NCBI GenBank assembly: GCA_038748685.1
Contig: JBCDIS010000018.1
Coordinates: 1 to 64,000 of the forward strand
Source: Acidobacteriota bacterium
GTDB taxonomy: Bacteria > Acidobacteriota > Thermoanaerobaculia > Multivoradales > J023
Direction of reading: 5' to 3'
Length of the DNA: 64,000 nucleotides
Numbering within the stretch: the first letter of the stretch is position 1; each line of letters opens with the position of its first letter. The position numbers and the translations under genes were made by a program. This document shows, piece by piece, positions 9,202-17,200 of this stretch. The notes beneath the pieces were generated by a model, which ran no database searches, was not told the DNA's origin, and saw only the letters and a program-made list of their open reading frames with translations.

Positions 9202-10245
9202 TCAGCTTCCGGCGGGGCCGAGCCAGGCGATCAGCAGCAGGCTGGCCCCCGAGGTGGCCAGGGCGGTGGCCAGGCCGAGGACGAACGGACGGGGCCCCGT
9301 CTTGCGCAACACGGCGGCCCGGGTCCCCAGCCCCACCCCCGCCAGGGCCATCAGGATCAAACCCTTGGCGACGGCCCCGAGGGTGGCGACGACGTCGATT
9401 CCGAGGGCGCCGGAGGCGGCGTCGAGGACGCCGAAGGTGCGCAGCAGGGCGAGGGCGAGGAAGCCGAGGACGAAGGGCGGCACCGATTGCCGCAGGCGGC
9501 GGGCGAAGGGGGTCGCTTCGGCGGTTTCGGACCGCGAGTAGAGCAGGCCCATGACGACGATCACGACCCCCATGAGGGCGTTGCGGGTCAGCTTGACGGT
9601 GGTGGCGATGTCCCCGGCGCCGTCGCTGAAGGCGTAGCCGGCGGCCACCACCTGGGAGGTGTCGTTAACCGCCGTCCCGGCCCAGGTTCCGTAGGCGGCG
9701 TCGCCGAAGCCCAGGGCGGCGCCGATGAGGGGATAGAGGAACACCGCCAGGGTGCCGAGCAGGGTGTTGGTGGCGACGGCGAAGCTCACCTCGTCGTCCC
9801 GGGCGCCGATGACCGGGGCCGTCGCCGAGATGGCGGAGTTCCCACACACCGACGTGCCGACGCCGATTAGGCTCGCCAGCCGCGGGGGCACGCCGAGGAC
9901 GCGGCCGAGGCCGTGGGCCACCAGCAGCGCCAGGGTCATCAAGATCACCACCATACCCAGGGCCTTCACGCCGATGGAGGCCACCTCCCCCAGGGATAGC
10001 CGCGCCCCCAGCAGAACGATGGCCCAGCGCAGCAGGGTGTGGAAGGCGAAGCGTATGCCCGACCGGCTCGACTCCGGCAGCGGGAAGACGTTCCCCAGGA
10101 CAAGGCCGAGGAGGACCGCGAAGATGACTTCGCCGAGGGTCTTCTGCGGTCCTTCGGGCAAGAGGCGGTGGACGCCGCGGGCGAGGGCCGCGGTGGCGAA
10201 GACCAGGGCGAGCCCCGGCAGGAGGTCGAGGTGCTTGCGGCTCAT
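9202..10245 (-). CDS. YeiH/UPF0324-family putative sulfate exporter (membrane transporter)
   Basis: Polytopic membrane protein with the characteristic N-terminus (LLPGLALVFATAALA) and glycine-rich helices. It is divergent from uvrA. Confidence 0.75.
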   Translation of the reverse strand: MSRKHLDLLPGLALVFATAALARGVHRLLPEGPQKTLGEVIFAVLLGLVLGNVFPLPESSRSGIRFAFHTLLRWAIVLLGARLSLGEVASIGVKALGMVVILMTLALLVAHGLGRVLGVPPRLASLIGVGTSVCGNSAISATAPVIGARDDEVSFAVATNTLLGTLAVFLYPLIGAALGFGDAAYGTWAGTAVNDTSQVVAAGYAFSDGAGDIATTVKLTRNALMGVVIVVMGLLYSRSETAEATPFARRLRQSVPPFVLGFLALALLRTFGVLDAASGALGIDVVATLGAVAKGLILMALAGVGLGTRAAVLRKTGPRPFVLGLATALATSGASLLLIAWLGPAGS

Positions 10246-10439
10246 GACAAAGTCGGGTGCGCTGCGGACGGCGCCGCCGTGTCACGGTTCTGTGGACCGG
10301 CTCGCGCGGGGACGTTAGCTCCTTTTGGCGGACCCTATCAGCGCTGCGGAACGTGGTAAAACCCTCGTCCGCCGCCGCCCTAGATCCACTCGGAGGGGGC
10401 GCCGCGGGAGGCTAGAATCACTGCCCTCGGAACCTGAGC

Positions 10440-13238
10440 ATGCACGACGACCTGGCGATCGACATCCGCGGCGCGCGGACCCACAACCTCAAGGGGGTGG
10501 ACTGCCGAATCCCCCACGGACAAGTGACCGTTGTCACCGGCGTTTCGGGGGCTGGAAAGTCGTCCCTGGCCTTCGACACGGTCTACGCCGAAGCCCAGCG
10601 ACGCTTCGTCGAGTCGATGTCGACCTACGCCCGGCAGTTCCTCGAGCAGATGGAGCGTCCGCCGGTGGACGCCATCGACCACGTGCTGCCGGCGGTGGCC
10701 CTCGAAGCGCACAATTCGGTGCGCAACGCCCGGGCGACGGTGGGCACCCTGACGGAGGTCCACGACGTTCTCCGGCTGCTCTTCGCACACCTCGGGGAGG
10801 TGTCGTGCCCCAACGGGCACGGCGCCGTGGTGGGCCACTCCGCCCAGGGTTTGGCGGACGCGCTGATCGAGCGCTTCGGGGGTCAACCGGTGACCCTCCT
10901 GGCGGCCCTGGAGCGGCCCCCCAAAGGGGCCGACGTCAAGCTCAAGGAGCTGATCCGCCAGGGCTACTTCCGGCGCTGGGAGAACGGCGAACGGGTCCGC
11001 ATGACGCCGTCCCAGCGGTGGCTGAAGAAGCTGGACCCGCTGGTCCTGGTGCTGGGCCGGTTCCGCACCGACGCCGAGACCCGGGTTCGCCTCCTGGAGG
11101 CCATCGACGAGGCCTATCTGCTGACTTCGGGCCGTCTCCAGATCCTCGGACCCGACGGCGAGATCCTTCACTTCGGCCGGGCCCTGACCTGCGAGACCTG
11201 CGGCGCCCGCATGGAGCGTCCGACCCCGGCGCTCTTTTCGTTCAACTCCCCCCTCGGCGCCTGCCCCACCTGCCAGGGGTTCGGCCGGGTCACCGGCATC
11301 GATCGCGCCCGCGTGATCCCCGACACCAGCCTGCCCCTGGCGGATCGCCCCATCGCCCCCTGGAACTCGCCGTCGAAGGAGCATCTCTACCCGAAGCTGC
11401 TGGCGGCGTGCCGCGGAGCGGGGGTGCGGGTCCACGTGCCGTGGCGGGACCTCAGCGACGATGAGCGGGACTTCGTTTGGCACGGCCAGGGAAGCTTCAC
11501 CAGCCTCGACAAATTCTTCGCCCGGCTCGAGCGCAAGAGCTACAAGATGCACGTGCGGATCCTGCTGGCCCGCTACCGCGCCTACGAGCCCTGCCCCGAC
11601 TGCCTCGGCCGCCGTCTCAAGCCCGAGGCCCTGGCGGTCCGGCTGGCGGGAAAGCACCTGGCGGAGCTGTCGGCGATGCCGGTGGAGAAGGTGCGTCGCT
11701 GGGCCGAGGGTGAGGATCTGCGGGCGATGCGGCGGGGGGCGGGTCACCTGGTGGACGAGCTCACCTCCCGCCTCGAGACCCTGGAACGGGTGGGCCTCGG
11801 CTACCTGGCCCTCGACCGCCAGGGGCGCACCCTCTCGGGGGGTGAGAGCCAGCGGATCCAGCTCGCGTCGTCCTTGGGATCTGGCCTCACAGGCACCCTC
11901 TACGTGCTCGACGAGCCCACCATCGGCCTCCACCCCCAGGACTCGGACCGTCTGCTGGCGCTGCTGCGAAACCTGGCCCAGAAGGGCAATACGGTCCTGG
12001 TGGTGGAGCACGACCGCACCCTCATCGAAGGGGCCGACCACGTCATCGACCTCGGCCCGCGGGCCGGAGAGCACGGCGGCGAGGTGATCGCCGAAGGGAG
12101 GCTCGACGCCATCCTCGAACACGGCACCAGCCGCACGGCGGCCTATCTGCGGGAGCCTCCGTCGTCGAGGAAGCGGAAGGAGCTGGAAGCCCGGGCCGCC
12201 GCCGTCGCTGAGCTGCCGACGGTGGAGATCCGCGGCGCCACCGCCCACAACCTGAGGGGCTTCGACGTCGCCTTCCCCCTCGGGTGCCTGGTGGCGGTCA
12301 CCGGCGTGTCGGGCTCCGGAAAGTCGACCCTGGTGGAGAACGTCCTCCACGGCAGCTACCAGCGAGCCCGCGGCGTGGTGGATGTGGAGCCGGGTGAGCA
12401 CGATGCCCTCGTCGGCCTCGACGACCTGGCGGACGTCGTCATGGTGGACCAGCGTCCCCTCGGCCGTTCGAGCCGGTCCAACCCGGTGACGTACACCAAG
12501 GCCTACGACGACATCCGCAAGCTCTTCGCCGCCACCCCCGACGCCACCCGGCGCGGCATCGAAGCCGGCCACTTCTCCTTCAACCTCGACCGCGGTCGCT
12601 GCGAGGCGTGCAAGGGCACCGGGACCCAGGAGGTGGACATGCAGTTCATGGCGCCGGTGACGGTCACCTGCGACAGCTGCCAGGGGCGACGTTTCAAAAG
12701 TGAGGTCCTGGCGGTCCGCCTCCGGGGCCGCGACATCTTCGAGACCCTGGACCTCACGGTCACCGAAGCCGTCGACCTTTTCGGTGACCAGAAGCGCCTG
12801 TGCCGCAAGCTCCAAAGCCTGGTGGACGTCGGCCTTGGGTACCTCCGCCTCGGCCAGTCGACGTCCACCCTGTCCGGCGGCGAGGCCCAGCGTCTGAAAC
12901 TGGCCAGCTTTCTCGACCGTCCAGCCAAAGACGGATGTCGCCTGTTCCTTTTCGACGAGCCCACCACGGGTCTGCACCTGGCGGACATCGATCTGCTGCA
13001 CCGAACCTTCGAGCGCCTGGTGGAACGTGGGCACGGCGTGGTGGTGGTGGAGCACAGCACCGATCTCGTGGCCAAGGCGGACTGGATCGTCGACCTCGGG
13101 CCCGGCGGCGGGGCCCACGGCGGAGAGCTGCTCTACTCGGGGCCCCTGGGTCCGTTCCTCGACGGCGTCGACAGCGCCACCGCCCGCGAGCTCCGTCGCC
13201 ACCTGCGTTGGCGCCGGCGCAGGGCCAAGGCATCGTAG
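10440..13238 (+). CDS. uvrA: excinuclease ABC subunit A (UvrA)
   Basis: Tandem ABC ATPase modules with Walker [15 protein letters not shown] and [11 protein letters not shown], signature motifs LSGGESQRI and LSGGEAQRL, and zinc-finger cysteines ([18 protein letters not shown]). Length is 932 aa. Confidence 0.9.
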   Translation: MHDDLAIDIRGARTHNLKGVDCRIPHGQVTVVTGVSGAGKSSLAFDTVYAEAQRRFVESMSTYARQFLEQMERPPVDAIDHVLPAVALEAHNSVRNARATVGTLTEVHDVLRLLFAHLGEVSCPNGHGAVVGHSAQGLADALIERFGGQPVTLLAALERPPKGADVKLKELIRQGYFRRWENGERVRMTPSQRWLKKLDPLVLVLGRFRTDAETRVRLLEAIDEAYLLTSGRLQILGPDGEILHFGRALTCETCGARMERPTPALFSFNSPLGACPTCQGFGRVTGIDRARVIPDTSLPLADRPIAPWNSPSKEHLYPKLLAACRGAGVRVHVPWRDLSDDERDFVWHGQGSFTSLDKFFARLERKSYKMHVRILLARYRAYEPCPDCLGRRLKPEALAVRLAGKHLAELSAMPVEKVRRWAEGEDLRAMRRGAGHLVDELTSRLETLERVGLGYLALDRQGRTLSGGESQRIQLASSLGSGLTGTLYVLDEPTIGLHPQDSDRLLALLRNLAQKGNTVLVVEHDRTLIEGADHVIDLGPRAGEHGGEVIAEGRLDAILEHGTSRTAAYLREPPSSRKRKELEARAAAVAELPTVEIRGATAHNLRGFDVAFPLGCLVAVTGVSGSGKSTLVENVLHGSYQRARGVVDVEPGEHDALVGLDDLADVVMVDQRPLGRSSRSNPVTYTKAYDDIRKLFAATPDATRRGIEAGHFSFNLDRGRCEACKGTGTQEVDMQFMAPVTVTCDSCQGRRFKSEVLAVRLRGRDIFETLDLTVTEAVDLFGDQKRLCRKLQSLVDVGLGYLRLGQSTSTLSGGEAQRLKLASFLDRPAKDGCRLFLFDEPTTGLHLADIDLLHRTFERLVERGHGVVVVEHSTDLVAKADWIVDLGPGGGAHGGELLYSGPLGPFLDGVDSATARELRRHLRWRRRRAKAS

Positions 13239-13326
13239 ACACGGTTCGGGTCAGCGGCTCGGTGGAGAACGGAGCGGCGTTTTGCGTTGAGTTCATGTGT
13301 AGGCACATGAGCTCAAAGGAGGCGCC

Positions 13327-14268
13327 ATGCCGCGACACGACCCGATCTGGAAAAGCCTGATCCAAAACTTTCTGGGGGACTTCGTCCACCTGGTGGCCCC
13401 GGAGGTGGCCGCGGGCCTCGACTTCGAGAAGGCCCGCTTTCTCGACAAGGAAAGCTTCACCGATCCTCCGGACCGGGAGCGCTCGGAGCTGGATCTGGTG
13501 GCGGAGGTGCCGGAACGGAGCGGCGAAGCGAAGCTGCTATTGATCCACGTGGAGGTGGAGGGCCGGTACCAGCGGGCGATGGCCCGTCGGATGTGGCGGT
13601 ACTACCTACACCTGAAGCTGCGATACCCCGACGTCCCGGTGCTACCGGTGGTGCTGTACCTGCGGGGCGGACCCCGGGGTGTGGAGTTGGTCGAGGTGCG
13701 GGAGCGCGTGTGGAATGGCCCGGAGACCTCGGTGTTCCGTTTCGTGGCCTTCGGGGTGTCGCGCTGCGAGGCGGCGGAGTACCTGTCGCGGCCGGAGCCG
13801 ATGTCGTGGGCGCTGGCGTCGCTGATGCGGGCACCGGGCGGGGACCGTGTGGCGCTGAAGCTGGGTTGCCTGCGTCCGATCGCGGGTGCGGACCTGGACG
13901 AGGCGCGTCGGTTCCTGCTGTTGAACGCTGTGGAAACGTACGTAGAATTGAGCGAAGCGGAGTCGTCGCGATTTGCGGCGAGTCTGGCGAACGAGACGGA
14001 GGAGGTGAGGACGATGGAAACGACGTGGGCCGACAAGCTGATCGCAAAAGGAATCCAGCAGGGACTCGCGAGAGGTGTGGAGCAGGGCGTCGCCACCGGG
14101 CGCCGGGAGGGTATGGTGGACACGACGGTCCGGCTGCTGGAGAAGCGGTTCGGGCGTCTTCCGGGGTCGTCCCGCCGCCGGATTGACGGTCTGGACGAAC
14201 AGGGTCTGGAGGCCCTGGCGGACCGCCTTCTGGACGCCGCGTCCCTGCGGGACCTCGGGCTGGAGTGA
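13327..14268 (+). CDS. Rpn-family / DUF4351-type protein (PD-(D/E)XK nuclease-like N-terminus plus a DUF4351 C-terminal module)
   Basis: The N-terminus has D...EVE(G)R-type PD-(D/E)XK residues (DLVAEVPER...LLLIHVEVEGR). The C-terminus (LIAKGIQQGLARGVEQGVATGRREGMVDTTVRLLEKRFGRLP...LDEQGLEALADRLLDAASLRDL) is typical of DUF4351 in Rpn/YhgA-like recombination-promoting nucleases. Confidence 0.65.
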   Translation: MPRHDPIWKSLIQNFLGDFVHLVAPEVAAGLDFEKARFLDKESFTDPPDRERSELDLVAEVPERSGEAKLLLIHVEVEGRYQRAMARRMWRYYLHLKLRYPDVPVLPVVLYLRGGPRGVELVEVRERVWNGPETSVFRFVAFGVSRCEAAEYLSRPEPMSWALASLMRAPGGDRVALKLGCLRPIAGADLDEARRFLLLNAVETYVELSEAESSRFAASLANETEEVRTMETTWADKLIAKGIQQGLARGVEQGVATGRREGMVDTTVRLLEKRFGRLPGSSRRRIDGLDEQGLEALADRLLDAASLRDLGLE

Positions 14269-14273
14269 CTGAA

Positions 14274-17200
14274 TCAGCCGGCCGCGAGGCCCGAGGTGTC
14301 GATCTTGCGCAGGGAGGTCAGCAGGCCCTTCATGCGGTCGAGGTTGGCGAGGGCACGGTCGAGGCGGCCCGTCAGGCGGCGGTCGTTCATCCCGACATCT
14401 TTCATATGGGTTTCCAGGGCCTGCACCAGCGGTAGGAGGTTGCCGGCGACGGACTCGGCGAGGTCGTCGAGGACATCGTGGACCCCGGCTCCGAGGGTCT
14501 GGACGACCCGCGCGCCCTGGGCCTGGGCCATGGCGCCGAGGGTGGCGTCGAGCTTCTCCAGGTAGGGTCCAAAATCGACCCGGATCGGCGGTGCCTGGAC
14601 GGCGGGCTCTGCGGATGGGGGCTCCGGGGGTAGAGGTTCCGCGGGTAGGGGTGCCGGGGGCTTTGGCGGTAGGCTCGCCCGATGGGGGCTGGTCGGCCCC
14701 GCCGGCTCGGTGGGGTGGGCCTTGATGGCCGCGGCCCTGCCCACTTGGGCGACGAGGTCCCCCAGTCGCTCCAGGAACGGGTCCAGGCGATCCGCCAACA
14801 AGGCCACTAGGGCTTCGGCGGTCGCCGCCTCGCCCTCGTCACCGGCGGAGATTTCACCCGCCGTTCCCTGGAGTGCCGCGAGGGTCGTCAGGTTGGCCTT
14901 CAGATGCTCGACATAGGGTGCCAGGGCGTCCGCCAGCTCGGGGCCGAAGAGGGGTGGCGCGGGGGCCTCGGTTGGGCTGTCCCGGTCCCTTTGGGAGGCT
15001 TCGGCGGCGGTGGCGATGGCGCGGTCGATGTCGGAGAGACGGTCCGACATCAGGCCCAGCTGGCCGATCAGCTTCACCGCCGGGTCGTCCTCGGCGCCCC
15101 CCATGGCCTGGACCCGGGCGAAGCCCCGCTGAATCTCGCCCCAGCGCTGGCGCTGGGACTCCGACAGGCTTCCCCGTAGCTCGGCGAGCTTGAGCAGGTT
15201 GGCCTCGGCGCCGGAGGTGAGGGTTTGGGCCTCGCCGTTGTAGTGGTCGTCGATCAGGGCTTCGAGCTCCACCTCGTTCATCACTGCGACGACTTTCTCC
15301 GCCATCTTGTTCATGTTGCGGTAGCTGCCCTGGAGCTGGAACTTGGGCTCCGTTCGGAACGCGTCGTCCTGGGCGGCGGAGAGGATGTACTGCTGGTTCA
15401 CGGTGAGGACGACTTCCTGGATCCGATTCAGCTTGCCGAGAACCGTGAGGATCTGCTCCAGCTCCACCGGCGAGTAGGCGTGGCGGAGGCGGTCGGCCCG
15501 CATGTCCCCCTCCCGGGCCATGCGGACCAACTCGTAGACGTCCTCCTGCTCGCGGGTGGTGAGGGGGGCGAGGGTGGCGTTGGAGGTGAGGGCGTTCTCG
15601 ATGTAAGACAGGGCGAAGACGTCCCCCTTGCCTTCGAGAATGTCGCCGAGGTTGTAGGTGTCCGCGCGGTTGGCGAGCATGTCGGGAATCTGGAACTTTT
15701 CCCCGGACTCGGTGTAGGGGTTGCCCGCCATGCAGACGGCGAAGCGCTTGCCCTTGAGGTCGTAGGTGCGGGTGCGGCCCCGCCAGACCCCCTCGATCCG
15801 CCGCTGGGCGTCGCAGAGGGAGATGAACTTCTGCAGCAGCTCCGGATGGGTGTGCTGGATGTCGTCGAGGCAGAGGAGCACGTTGTTGCCCATCTCGAGG
15901 GCGCAGTCGATCTTCTCCACCTCCTGGCGGGCCGTGGCGTTCGGGGCTTCCGCCGGGTCGAGGGAGGTGACACCGTGGCCGAGGGCGGGGCCGTTGACCT
16001 TCACGAAGACGAGGCCGAGCCGATTGGCGACGTACTCCATCAGGGTCGTCTTGCCGTAGCCGGGGGGGGAGACGAGGAGCAGTAGGCCCATCTGATCGGT
16101 GCGCTTGCCTTCGCCGATGGTGCCCATCTGCTTGGCCAGGTTGTCGCCGATCAGCGGGAGATAGACGTCGTTGATGAGCTTGTTGCGGACGAAGGCGCTC
16201 ATCACCTTGGGGCGGTACTCGTCGAGCCGGAGGGTCTCCCGCTCGTGTTCCAGCAGGCGGTGGCGCAGCTGCTGGAAGCGGCGAAAGCCCGGCGCCCGCT
16301 CCCGCCGGTAGGCCGTGAGGCGGGCGAGGAATTCGTCGAGCCGCAGCTCCAGGGTGCGTCCCGCGACCCGGGGGTGCTGACCCAACAGGCCCTCGATGGT
16401 CCGCCCCGACAGGGCGCTGGAGACGGTCCGTTCAAGGCGCCGTTCAGTGAGTAGGAGGACCACCGCCTCCTCCAGGCTGGGGGCCAGCCCGCCGAGGGCC
16501 GGATCGTTGCTCTGGTCGAGAAATGCCCGTAGCCATGCAAGCGCCAGGTGGTAACGCTGGTCGAGGTGGTTCTCCAGCTCCCGGAGATCCTCGTCGAAGT
16601 CCCGGCGGTTCTGGTGCAGGTCGAGGTGGCGTAGGAAGGCGTCCCGCAGCTGCTGGGCTTCGGCACTGGTGGTGAACGAGGGCGGGTTGTGGCTGAGCTC
16701 TTCGAAGAGATAGGCCCCGGCCATCCGAGCCTCTTCGCCGGGCAGCTCGATGCCGAGACCTTCCAGGAAGTCGCCGAGGGCGACGGCGAGCTCGTCGACG
16801 AAGCCGTCGATGGCGGGGCTGTGGGCGAAGGCGTCCCGCAGGCGCGCCAGGCTACGGGCCCTCCGCTCCCAGGTGACCCGCCGCGGGGGATCGCCGAAGA
16901 AGCCCCAGAACAGGCAGGCGAGGGCCCGCGGTCTCGGCGCGAAGCGGAGCAGGCCTGCGGTGGCGTAGAGGGCCAGGAGCTGCTCCAGGATCAGCGCGGC
17001 GTCGTGGTCGTGGAGGCCCCGCTCGTAGCCCTCCTCGTAGCGCTCGGCGGCATAGCCGCGGACCCCGTCGAGGAGCGGGGGGGCTTTTCCGCCGTCCCCA
17101 TCCGTGGGGGCCAAGGCCGCCTCCCGAAGGGCTTCGAGGGACAGCCCGGAACGCCCCTGCTCGGCGTCGAACAGCATGGACGCCGCGAGGAACTCGGCCC

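Noticed and set aside
10246-10439. Search for a LexA/SOS box upstream of uvrA
   Set aside because: No GAAC-N-GTTC, CTGT-N8-ACAG or Cheo-box-like palindrome was found. Only a GGAACGTGGTAAAACC string lacking dyad symmetry is present.
10380-13202. 940-aa ORF antisense to uvrA
   Set aside because: The translation is Gly/Ala/Pro/Arg-rich with no motifs. It is a typical high-GC shadow ORF opposite a strongly supported UvrA gene.
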